This document shows positions 28,609 through 37,676 of a DNA stretch of 39,181 nucleotides, piece after piece (within the stretch, counting starts at the first letter, position 1; each line of letters opens with the position of its first letter). Both the position numbers and the translations under genes were made by a program. Source of the DNA: Pseudomonadota bacterium (GTDB lineage: Bacteria > Pseudomonadota > Gammaproteobacteria > Pseudomonadales > JAHEIH01); NCBI GenBank assembly GCA_041163785.1, contig JBEAQQ010000206.1, positions 1 to 39,181 of the forward strand, written 5' to 3'. The notes beneath the pieces were generated by a model, which worked only from the letters and a program-made list of their open reading frames with translations, was not told the DNA's origin and did no database searches.

Positions 28609-29845
28609 GCTGATGTTGCTGCTGTGTGTGCTGGCGTGGCCGGCCTTGGCTTGGCAGGTCGACGAGGCCGACCTTAAAGCGCGTTTGGTCATGCAGCAAC
28701 AACAGGCTTATTTGGGTGAAGAGGTAGCGGTGAGCCTCGAATTGGCTACGCCGCGTTGGTTTACCCGCGCCGCTCGGTTGACCTTGCCTACCCAAGGCGA
28801 TGCCCTTTGGTTGCAGCGGCAAGTCTTTGCTGACAGCACCCGCGAGCGTATCGATGGCCAGATGTGGACACTGCAGCGTTGGCCGCTGGCGGTTTTCCCG
28901 CGTCGCGCCGGCGGGATCAGTTTGCAGCCCATCAGAGTAGACGTAGGCGTCGCAGATGCCGATGGGCAAAGCCAGTTGCGGGCATTTACGCTCGGCGGTT
29001 TGGACGTATTAGGTGTTCCTACAGGTGGGGCGGCACTGGTCGCCAGTGACTATCGAGTGGCGGTATTCGTCGCACAGCAAGCTTGGCTGAATCGCCAGGC
29101 TTTGCCGCTCAAGGCAGGCCAGTCGCTGAAGGTGAGCTATCACAGCCAAGCTGAAAATAGTCTGGCAATGCTGTTGCCAGAGATGTCGCCAAGCAGCGCC
29201 GACGCTGAGGCCGTAGCGATTTACCGCGAGTTACCAACGCTGCAGAATATCACCGAGCGCGGGCAGCGAATAGCCTACCGCGAAGACCATTTTACGGTGG
29301 TGGCAAAGCGCGATGTGGCACTTCATTTGACGGTGCCAGACATCGATTGGTTGAATTCCCGAGATGGTTCGCGGCAGCGTCTGTCGGTGCCCGACATAGG
29401 CACGGCCGCCGACGTGACAGCTGTACAGTATGTGAGGCAGCCGCTGTTGGAGTGGTTGGCGCTGGCCGTGGTGGTGATGCTGTTGACCGCCATCGGTGTG
29501 CTGACTTACACCGCAAGTTCGCCCCTGCAACGTTTCCGAAAGGAACAACAGCGCGCCCTTTGTGCGGCCGTGCGCATTGGCGATTGGGGTGCCTTTGGCA
29601 AACATCTTTATACCCTGTACGATAGCTACCCCGAGCACCGCACCGCCTCGTTGGCTACGGCGCTGGATGCCTTGCCAGCGGCCATGGGTGACAGATTGAA
29701 AATATTGTTGCGCGCGGCTTTCTCAGGAGAGAGCGCACTCTTAGACGACACCGATGAGGCCACACTTTACCAGCTGTTCAAGCAGTGGGAGCGCGGTCAA
29801 ACACGACGGCCAGTGGAGGCCCATGAGACGACTTTTCTTCGCTAG
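28601..29845 (+). CDS. BatD-like protein
   Basis: Signal peptide MNRLMLLLCVLAWPALAW, a long periplasmic domain, one TM segment (LALAVVVMLLTAIGVLTY) and a cytoplasmic tail, which is the BatD architecture. 8-nt overlap with the batB-like gene. Confidence 0.7.
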   Translation: MNRLMLLLCVLAWPALAWQVDEADLKARLVMQQQQAYLGEEVAVSLELATPRWFTRAARLTLPTQGDALWLQRQVFADSTRERIDGQMWTLQRWPLAVFPRRAGGISLQPIRVDVGVADADGQSQLRAFTLGGLDVLGVPTGGAALVASDYRVAVFVAQQAWLNRQALPLKAGQSLKVSYHSQAENSLAMLLPEMSPSSADAEAVAIYRELPTLQNITERGQRIAYREDHFTVVAKRDVALHLTVPDIDWLNSRDGSRQRLSVPDIGTAADVTAVQYVRQPLLEWLALAVVVMLLTAIGVLTYTASSPLQRFRKEQQRALCAAVRIGDWGAFGKHLYTLYDSYPEHRTASLATALDALPAAMGDRLKILLRAAFSGESALLDDTDEATLYQLFKQWERGQTRRPVEAHETTFLR

Positions 29846-32015
29846 CCTACTTTGGTTTAGCGCGTTATCCCAGGCTCAGACCTATGTGGGAATGGAGGTC
29901 TGCGCGGACTGTCACCAGCCCCAAGTGGCGGCTTGGCAGCGTTCGCACCACGCCATGGCCATGCAGCCCGCCAATGCCCAGTCGGTACTGGCCCCCTTTG
30001 CCGGAGAAGTCTTTACCCAGGGTGCCACCGAGGTGCGTTTCTTTCAGCGCGACGGCCAATTCTTTATCAACACACTCGCCAGCGATGGCGTTCGACAAGA
30101 CTTCCAGGTGCACTACACCTTTGGTTTTACTCCCTTACAGCAATACTTGGTGGCGACGGATAAAGGGCGTCTACAGGCCTTCGATATTGCTTGGGATAGT
30201 CGAGAAAAGTCTGTCGGTGGCCAGCGTTGGTTCCATTTACAACCCGAGGAAAACCCCCAGCCTGGACACCCCTTCTTTTGGCAGGGCGCCTATCAAAATT
30301 GGAATTCGCGCTGTGCTGATTGCCATTCGACCGGCGTCGAGGTTGGATTTAACGCCGATAGCGTGAGCTATGACACCCGCTTTGAATCGGTCAATGTGGC
30401 TTGTGAGTCCTGCCACGGTCCAGCCGGCGAGCACTTAGCGCGAGCCAAGAAAAATGACTGGCAGTTAGGCAGTGGCTTGATAAATAGTCATGCACCGGCG
30501 GCGTTTAGCTACGATGGCAAGGCGGCGATTGCCAAGCCTCAGGGGAGCAGTGACAACAGTGAGATCGACATGTGTGGTGGCTGCCATGCGCGGCGCAGTG
30601 TGCTCGATCGCACCGCGGGTAGCGAGGTTGATTTTCACGATCGATTCCGCGTGGCGGGTTTAGACAGCGAGCTGTATTTCGCCAACGGGCAAATTAAAGA
30701 CGAGGTCTTCGTGCTGGGGTCTTTCTTGCAGAGCAAGATGTATCAAGCCGGTGTCCGTTGTAGTCACTGTCACGACCCGCACAGCGGTAATACCCTGGTG
30801 CAAGGGGATGCGCTTTGCGCCCAGTGCCACCAGCCCGCGACCTATGCTACCAAACAACATAGCCGCCACCCCGAGGGCGTCGCGCAGTGCGTAGACTGCC
30901 ATATGAGCTCGCGGCTATACATGGGGGTGGATTGGCGGCGCGACCACGGTTTCCATCGCCCCACTACCGCTGTGCCCGGCCAAACCAATGCCTGCCAAGG
31001 CTGTCATGAGGACGATGCCGAGGTGGAGCAGATGCGTCAGGCATGGTCTGAAAATGCCCCTCATTGGGCGGCGGATTTACAGGCCGCCCGCGATTTCGAT
31101 CCGCGGGCGGTGCGCGCCCTGAGCCAGTGGATCAAGGATGAAACGCAGGCGCCTTTGGTCAGGGCCAGTATGCTCGAACAATTGGCGGCCACGCCTTCGC
31201 AGATGTCGATCGATGCGGCCTTGGCGGTGCTCGACCACCGCGATCCCGTGTTGCGAGCGGCGGCGGTCAGCGTGCTGCAAGCCCTTCCTGCATCGGCGAG
31301 ATGGCAAGCGCTACAAGGGCGACTCGGGGATGACAGCAAGGTGGTACGGATGGCCTTGGCACTCGCCCTGCAGGGGCTGCCCGAGGCGCAGTTTGGCGAC
31401 CGACGCGAACGTGTCCAGGCACTGCAGAAGGAGTACGCAGCCATGCTGGAAAACAGCCGTGACATGCCTGCAGCTCAACTGGGGCTGGCCAATATCGCCC
31501 TGCAAAAAGGTGACTTGTTGGGCGCTCAGCAACACTTTGAAACGGCCTTAGCGATTGATCCGACCGACATGGCCAGTCTACTGAATTACGCCGATTTCAA
31601 CCGACAGCTTGGCGCGGAAGAGATGGCGTCTAGCTTGCTACACAAGGCCTTGGCGATCGCACCCGACTCCGCTGTGGTGCAATATGCGCTAGGGATGAGC
31701 GAAGTGCGCAGTAAACGCTATGCGTCGGCCATTAACTATCTGCGCGCGGCGGTAGCCACCGATAACGCCATTCCTCACCACCACTATGTGCTAGCTGTAG
31801 CTTTGCAAAATCAAGGTAACGTTCGCGCGGCGGTGGATGTATTGGAGGCTGCGCTTGCGCGCTGGCCCTATGACTATGCGCTATTGAGTACGGCGATTAA
31901 TTTTCAGCTGACCTTGGGGGATCACCCCAGTTTGGTTCACTGGGTAGCGCGGTTGTCAGAAATTGCGCCTAATGCTCCTGAGGTGCATGCCTTTATCTCT
32001 CGTCAAAGGCAGTAG
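29823..32015 (+). CDS. Secreted octaheme c-type cytochrome fused to HEAT-like and TPR repeats
   Basis: Signal peptide MRRLFFASLLWFSALSQA. Eight CXXCH motifs (CADCH x2, CESCH, CGGCH, CSHCH, CAQCH, CVDCH, CQGCH) span nt 29901-31007. The N-terminal YVGMEVCADCHQ...W..SHHAMAM resembles cytochrome c554/multiheme family openings. The C-terminal half has HEAT-like (DPVLRAAAVSVLQALP, DSKVVRMALALALQGLP) and TPR segments. The ATG at 29823 overlaps the batD-like gene by 23 nt. Confidence 0.85.
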   Translation: MRRLFFASLLWFSALSQAQTYVGMEVCADCHQPQVAAWQRSHHAMAMQPANAQSVLAPFAGEVFTQGATEVRFFQRDGQFFINTLASDGVRQDFQVHYTFGFTPLQQYLVATDKGRLQAFDIAWDSREKSVGGQRWFHLQPEENPQPGHPFFWQGAYQNWNSRCADCHSTGVEVGFNADSVSYDTRFESVNVACESCHGPAGEHLARAKKNDWQLGSGLINSHAPAAFSYDGKAAIAKPQGSSDNSEIDMCGGCHARRSVLDRTAGSEVDFHDRFRVAGLDSELYFANGQIKDEVFVLGSFLQSKMYQAGVRCSHCHDPHSGNTLVQGDALCAQCHQPATYATKQHSRHPEGVAQCVDCHMSSRLYMGVDWRRDHGFHRPTTAVPGQTNACQGCHEDDAEVEQMRQAWSENAPHWAADLQAARDFDPRAVRALSQWIKDETQAPLVRASMLEQLAATPSQMSIDAALAVLDHRDPVLRAAAVSVLQALPASARWQALQGRLGDDSKVVRMALALALQGLPEAQFGDRRERVQALQKEYAAMLENSRDMPAAQLGLANIALQKGDLLGAQQHFETALAIDPTDMASLLNYADFNRQLGAEEMASSLLHKALAIAPDSAVVQYALGMSEVRSKRYASAINYLRAAVATDNAIPHHHYVLAVALQNQGNVRAAVDVLEAALARWPYDYALLSTAINFQLTLGDHPSLVHWVARLSEIAPNAPEVHAFISRQRQ

Positions 32016-33151
32016 TGGGCGACCAAATTTTGGATAATCTGTGTCGCCGGTTTGATGTGTGAAAGGGGAATATGCTCGTCGGGCTGGTGGGCGACGTCAA
32101 TATTACCGGGCCCCATCACGAGGGTATCGATCCCCATGGCCTGAAAAAATGGCGCTTCGGTGGCAAAATTAACAATGCCCGCGGTTTGCCCTGTCATTGC
32201 TTCGGCGGCTTTTACCAACGCACTATCGGCATCTAGCATGAAGGGCTCAACACCGGCCACTAGCGCCTCAAAGCGCAATTGACCGTGGTGCTGCGCCACA
32301 ATGGGCTGGATCAGCGCTAATATTTCAGCGCGTACCTGGTCGATGGCCATGCCCGGCATCAAGCGGACATCGAAGTGCAATTCGCATTGCCCGCAGATGC
32401 GGTTAGGGTTGTCACCGCCGTGAATGTGGCCCAGATTAATGGTGGGGTGGTCGACCTCAAACAAGGGGTCGCGGTAGCGGTTTGCGAGTTGCTCGCGATA
32501 GCTGCGCAGGGCTTGAATAACGTCTGCCATGGCGTCGAGGGCGTTGATGCCCAACGCGGGGTTAGAACTGTGGCCGGCGCGACCATAGATGCGGATGGTC
32601 TCCATCATGACGCCTTTGTGGGCGCGGATCGGCTTGAGTCCTGTCGGTTCGCCAATGACGGCCGCACGGGGCGAACACATGCTCGATGCCGCCAGTCTGC
32701 GGGCACCGTTCATCGAGCTCTCCTCATCGGCGGTGGCCACCACGATCAAGGGGTGTTTGATATCCTTTAAGGCCATGTTGCGGATGGCTTCGATAATGAC
32801 GGCGAAGAATCCTTTCATGTCAGCGGTGCCAATACCGTAGAAAGCGTTGTCGCGAAGTGCTACCTTAAGTGGGTCGCTTTGCCAAAGTTGTTCGTCAAAG
32901 GGCACGGTGTCGGTATGGCCAGAAAGCACTAAACCGCCGCGACCTTGCCCCAGCGTGGCGATGAGATTGGCCTTATTAGACTGTGCTGGATCGATTAAGA
33001 TTTGACAAGAAAAGTTCAGACTAGAGAACCATTCGGCGAGTTGCTCGATGACCGCGAGGTTGCCCATATCCCAAGCGGGGTTGGCAGAGCTTACCGAAGC
33101 AAGAGAAACTAAGCGCGAGAGTTGTTGTTCAAAAGAGGGCAATGCGTTCAT
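32003..33151 (-). CDS. argE: Acetylornithine deacetylase (M20 family)
   Basis: 382 aa with SGHTDTVP, GIGTADMKGF and ATADEESS metal-binding motifs, plus a dimerisation-domain insert. Confidence 0.9.
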   Translation of the reverse strand: MNALPSFEQQLSRLVSLASVSSANPAWDMGNLAVIEQLAEWFSSLNFSCQILIDPAQSNKANLIATLGQGRGGLVLSGHTDTVPFDEQLWQSDPLKVALRDNAFYGIGTADMKGFFAVIIEAIRNMALKDIKHPLIVVATADEESSMNGARRLAASSMCSPRAAVIGEPTGLKPIRAHKGVMMETIRIYGRAGHSSNPALGINALDAMADVIQALRSYREQLANRYRDPLFEVDHPTINLGHIHGGDNPNRICGQCELHFDVRLMPGMAIDQVRAEILALIQPIVAQHHGQLRFEALVAGVEPFMLDADSALVKAAEAMTGQTAGIVNFATEAPFFQAMGIDTLVMGPGNIDVAHQPDEHIPLSHIKPATQIIQNLVAHYCL

Positions 33152-33232
33152 GGTGGTGGCTTCAGTGGCCGTTCATCGTGATAACGATCATAGTCTTATG
33201 TACTTCATTCTCGCAAGTCACAGAGGGAATTT

Positions 33233-34714
33233 ATGAAATATCTCAATCTTTGCTTGGCCTGTTTTTTGATGGTGATGGCGCCGTCGTTGGTGGTGGCAGA
33301 AGACGCGGCACCGGCGCTTATTGAATCCACCAGCGTCACCGAACACAGTGGCGTGTTCAATGGCCAGCGTATTAAATACCAGGCGATTGCCGGCGAGACG
33401 GTTTTGAAAAATGCCAAAGGTGAGCCAGAGGCCGCGATTTTTTCCGTGTCATACATCGCTAAGAATCCCGGTAAAGGGCCTCGCCCAGTAAGTTTCATTT
33501 ACAACGGTGGCCCTGGATCAGCATCAGTATGGCTACACATGGGGGTATTTGGGCCTAAAAAAGTGGTCATTCCCTCCGACGCCGAGGATGACGGTGCGGC
33601 GCCATTTACTATCGTGGACAACACTCAGTCGCCCCTCGACGTGACCGATTTGGTCTTCATCGACCCCGTGGGAACGGGATTTAGCCGCCCTCTTGGCGAC
33701 ACTGAGGCAAAGGCTTTTTGGGGTGTTACCGAAGACGCCAATTCTGTGGCGCGTTTTATTCGCGCCTGGTTGCGCGAGCACAATCGTTGGAACAGCCCTA
33801 AATACATTGGGGGTGAAAGTTACGGTACAACGCGGACAGCGGCACTCGTCAACCAACTGGAAGGTCGCTTTGATGACGTCAGCGTTAATGGTTTGCTGTT
33901 GATTTCAACCATTCTCGATTTCAGTCTAGACGCCTATGATCCCGGCAATGAATTGGTCCACATGATTACCTTGCCGACCATGGCCGCCACCGCGCAATAC
34001 CATGGCAAAGCGGGCCAGGGTGTGCCAGTGGAAGAGTGGGTAGAGCAAGCTCGTCAGTTTGCGCTGCGTGAATACGGCCCCGCCTTGTTGTTGGGCAGTC
34101 AGCTTGAGCCGGCGCGTCGCGCCACCTTGTTGCAGCAACTGGCCAAGTTTACTGGCCTTTCTGACACCTATTTAGATCGCACCAATTTGCGGGTGTCTTA
34201 CCCGCGGTTTACCCGCGAACTACTGCGCGATGAGGGGCTTTCGGTAGGACGCCTAGATGCGCGCTACAAGGGTGAAGAGATGGACGCGGTGGGTGAAACG
34301 CCTGAGATTGACCCGAGTTTCTATGGTATCGATGGTGCCTATACCGCGGCGCTCAACGACTGGGTGCGAGTTGGGCTTAAGTTTAACCCCGATCGCGAGT
34401 ACACCATTATTGGGGGCGTGAATAGTTGGAACTGGCAGCTCAGTGAACAAATGTGGCGCCAGGCTTACTTGAATGTCACACCTTATATCGGTAAAGCCAT
34501 GCGTGGTAACAGCCAGCTGCGCGTGTTTAACGCGGCGGGGTATTACGATTTTGCCACGCCTTTCATGGGGGCTGAATACGCCTTGGATCGCGCCGGTGTC
34601 GACCAGAGTCGGGTGACCTACAAGTACTATGAATCGGGTCACATGATGTACATCCACCACCCGAGCTTTGACCAGTTCTTGGAAGATATTCGCACGTTTA
34701 TCCAGGATAAATAA
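33233..34714 (+). CDS. Secreted S10-family serine carboxypeptidase-like protein
   Basis: Signal peptide. NGGPGSAS, catalytic Ser motif GESYGTT and a C-terminal catalytic His in ESGHMMY. This order and these motifs are characteristic of peptidase family S10. Confidence 0.8.
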   Translation: MKYLNLCLACFLMVMAPSLVVAEDAAPALIESTSVTEHSGVFNGQRIKYQAIAGETVLKNAKGEPEAAIFSVSYIAKNPGKGPRPVSFIYNGGPGSASVWLHMGVFGPKKVVIPSDAEDDGAAPFTIVDNTQSPLDVTDLVFIDPVGTGFSRPLGDTEAKAFWGVTEDANSVARFIRAWLREHNRWNSPKYIGGESYGTTRTAALVNQLEGRFDDVSVNGLLLISTILDFSLDAYDPGNELVHMITLPTMAATAQYHGKAGQGVPVEEWVEQARQFALREYGPALLLGSQLEPARRATLLQQLAKFTGLSDTYLDRTNLRVSYPRFTRELLRDEGLSVGRLDARYKGEEMDAVGETPEIDPSFYGIDGAYTAALNDWVRVGLKFNPDREYTIIGGVNSWNWQLSEQMWRQAYLNVTPYIGKAMRGNSQLRVFNAAGYYDFATPFMGAEYALDRAGVDQSRVTYKYYESGHMMYIHHPSFDQFLEDIRTFIQDK

Positions 34715-34736
34715 TACCGTTTAAAAGGACGTCTCT

Positions 34737-37640
34737 ATGGCATGGATTGAGCGGGCGGCGACGGGGCTGCCCGACGCGCTGCGGGCGCCTAGTCTGAAGT
34801 CAGCCGAACATGTTTGCGCTGACTTTCCCGCTGCATTGTTGGCGCGTTTGACCAACGATGCGGTGCTGGCTCAACAGTTTGTCCGTGTTATTGCACTGAG
34901 TCGTTTCGTGGCTGAGACTCTGCGGCGCTTTCCCGATGTCCTCGAGGACTTACTGGACACCGGGGATGTCTTGCAAAGCTACGGCGACGAGGCGGCGATG
35001 CAGCGGCGCATGCCTTCGCTAGAAAGTGATGATGAGGCCGGTTTGCAGCGGCAATTGCGGCTGTTTAGACGTCGTGAGATGGTGCGCATCATCTGGCGCG
35101 ATCTCAACCGCACGGCCGACATGGCGGAAACCACCCGCGATATCAGTCGACTCGCTGAAATCGCGCTAGAACAAGCGCTCGCCACAAGCGCGCGACAGAT
35201 GCACACCAAGTACGGCAAACCCACAAGCCACGATGGCCAACGCGAGGTGGGCATGGTGGTGCTTGGCATGGGCAAGCTCGGCGCTGGGGAGCTCAATCTC
35301 TCGTCGGATATCGACCTGATTTTTGCCTACCGCGAAGGTGGTTATACCCGCGGTGGTGAAAAAGAATTAGATAATCAAGCCTACTTCACCCGCCTTGGGC
35401 AGCGATTGATTAAGGCCATCGATGCCATGACAGTGGACGGTTTTGTCTTTCGCGTAGATATGCGTTTACGGCCCTATGGCAACAGTGGGGCGCTGGCTCT
35501 GAGCTTCGATGCGATGGAAGATTACTACCAAGACCAGGGGCGCGATTGGGAGCGTTACGCCATGATCAAGGCGCGCCCGGTGGCGGGCAGTCACGAAGAC
35601 GGCGCGGAGTTGATGGATATTTTGCGGCCATTCTCCTATCGCCGCTACATCGACTTTTCGGTGATTGAGTCGCTGCGCAAGTTGAAGGCGATGATTCGCC
35701 AAGAGGTCGCTCGCAAGGGCTTGCACGACAACGTGAAATTAGGGGCTGGCGGTATCCGTGAAGTGGAGTTTATCGCCCAGTCCTTCCAGCTAGTGAGGGG
35801 TGGTCGCGACCCCGAGCTGCAAGAGCGCAGCGTGTTGAAAATACTCGACTTGCTGCAAGCGCGCGAGTTGTTAACGGCGCAGGACCGAGACGCCCTGCGC
35901 GAGGCCTATGTGTTTTTGCGCAATACCGAACACGCGATTCAGGCCCTTGATGACCAGCAAACACAGAACCTACCTTCGTCACCTGAGGACGCTTTGCGCA
36001 TTGCCGCGGCCCTGGGATTTACCTCGTACGATGAGTTTGAAGCCCAAATTAAAAGGCATCGACAGGAAGTTAGTACTCGCTTTTATGACATTGTTCGGGA
36101 TGAGGATGAAGACCAAGAAGCCGCCGTTGATCCCCTCTGGATGTCATTTTGGCAAGGCATTGAGGATCGCGATGAGGCCATCGACGTACTGGCTGAGCAG
36201 GGCTTTGACGGCACCGATGAGGTCTACCAAGCGCTGCAGTCGCTGACCCAGTCGAGAGCGTTTTTGGCATTGGAAAATCAAAGCCGCGAGCGCATTGATC
36301 GCTTCATGCCGTTGTTGTTTGCCACCTGTGCCGGTGCCTCGCAACCCAGTTTGGCACTGTTGCGTGTCATGCCGCTTTTGGTGGCGATTCAACGGCGAAC
36401 GGCCTACATCGTGCTGCTGACTGAAAACCCCTCCGCCCTGTCCGAGCTGTGTTCGCTGTGCGCAATGAGCCCGTGGATTGCCGAGCAGCTTGCGCAATAC
36501 CCGGTGCTGCTCGATGAATTGTTGGATGCCTCGACGCTCTATTCACCGCCTTCGCGGCAGGCCTTGCAAGAAGAGCTGTTGATGACGTCACTGCGGCTGC
36601 CCATCGAGGACCTGGAAGCCCACATGGACAATCTGCGCACGTTTAAGATGGCGCACGTACTGCGTGTTGCGGCGGCCGAGGTCACCGGGCGCTTACCGTT
36701 GATGAAGGCCAGCGATTATTTAACCTGGATCGCCGAAGTGGTGGTGGAATTTGTGGTCACCCTCGCGAGAGAAGATTTACGCCGCAAATACGGTGATCCG
36801 ACGCGTAGTAATGGCGAAGTGATCGACGCGGGCTTTACCGTGCTTGGCTATGGCAAGATGGGCGGTATTGAGCTGAGCTACAGCTCTGACCTCGACATGG
36901 TGTTTGTCTACGACGCGCCCATGGGCGGCTATACCAACGGTGATAAAGCCATCGACAACAGTGTGTTTTTCACACGTTTGGGGCAGCGGGTGTTACATAT
37001 TATGACCACCCGTATGTCTAGCGGTATCTTGTATGAGGTGGATATGCGGCTGCGTCCCTCCGGAGCGTCGGGCCTGTTGGTATCGTCGCTAGAGGCCTAC
37101 CGAAACTACCAGGAGAATAGCGCTTGGACGTGGGAGCACCAGGCCATTGTCAGGGCCCGTGTCGTGGCCGGTGATGCGGATTTGGGCGCACGCATCGCCG
37201 CGATTCGCCAGGGTGTGTTGGCGAGACCGCGAGACCGCGCGACACTGCAGGGTGAGGTGGTCGAGATGCGCGAAAAGATGCGCGATCATCTGTTGCCACC
37301 GGAATGCCGAGGCGATGAGGCGGTGATGTTCCACCTCAAGCACAGTCGCGGCGGCATCGTCGATATCGAGTTTATGGTGCAGTATGCGATCCTTGCGTAT
37401 ACCCACCAGCACCCTGAGGTGGGGCGGTTTACCGATAACGTACGACTGCTAGAATCATTGGCGAAAATCGATGTGATTGGGTATGATGAGTGCCAATTTT
37501 TATGTGACACCTATCGTGCCCTTCGCACGGCGGGTCACGCTCTGGCCTTACAAGGGCAATCCTCGGTGGTGCCGTTGGAACCCTACCTAGATACAAGTCA
37601 GCGTGTGGTCGCTATCTGGCGGCGTTTACTGGAACAATAG
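34737..37640 (+). CDS. glnE: Bifunctional glutamine synthetase adenylyltransferase/adenylyl-removing enzyme
   Basis: 967 aa with two nucleotidyltransferase domains: GMGKLGAGELNLSSDIDLIF ... FRVDMRLRP and GYGKMGGIELSYSSDLDMVF ... YEVDMRLRP. Confidence 0.96.
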   Translation: MAWIERAATGLPDALRAPSLKSAEHVCADFPAALLARLTNDAVLAQQFVRVIALSRFVAETLRRFPDVLEDLLDTGDVLQSYGDEAAMQRRMPSLESDDEAGLQRQLRLFRRREMVRIIWRDLNRTADMAETTRDISRLAEIALEQALATSARQMHTKYGKPTSHDGQREVGMVVLGMGKLGAGELNLSSDIDLIFAYREGGYTRGGEKELDNQAYFTRLGQRLIKAIDAMTVDGFVFRVDMRLRPYGNSGALALSFDAMEDYYQDQGRDWERYAMIKARPVAGSHEDGAELMDILRPFSYRRYIDFSVIESLRKLKAMIRQEVARKGLHDNVKLGAGGIREVEFIAQSFQLVRGGRDPELQERSVLKILDLLQARELLTAQDRDALREAYVFLRNTEHAIQALDDQQTQNLPSSPEDALRIAAALGFTSYDEFEAQIKRHRQEVSTRFYDIVRDEDEDQEAAVDPLWMSFWQGIEDRDEAIDVLAEQGFDGTDEVYQALQSLTQSRAFLALENQSRERIDRFMPLLFATCAGASQPSLALLRVMPLLVAIQRRTAYIVLLTENPSALSELCSLCAMSPWIAEQLAQYPVLLDELLDASTLYSPPSRQALQEELLMTSLRLPIEDLEAHMDNLRTFKMAHVLRVAAAEVTGRLPLMKASDYLTWIAEVVVEFVVTLAREDLRRKYGDPTRSNGEVIDAGFTVLGYGKMGGIELSYSSDLDMVFVYDAPMGGYTNGDKAIDNSVFFTRLGQRVLHIMTTRMSSGILYEVDMRLRPSGASGLLVSSLEAYRNYQENSAWTWEHQAIVRARVVAGDADLGARIAAIRQGVLARPRDRATLQGEVVEMREKMRDHLLPPECRGDEAVMFHLKHSRGGIVDIEFMVQYAILAYTHQHPEVGRFTDNVRLLESLAKIDVIGYDECQFLCDTYRALRTAGHALALQGQSSVVPLEPYLDTSQRVVAIWRRLLEQ

Positions 37641-37676
37641 CAGCTATTATTTTCTCGCAAGAGCAGGAGTTTGATT

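Noticed and set aside
33152-33232. ARG box (ArgR operator) between argE and the S10 peptidase gene
   Set aside because: No convincing match to TNTGAATWWWWATTCANW by eye.
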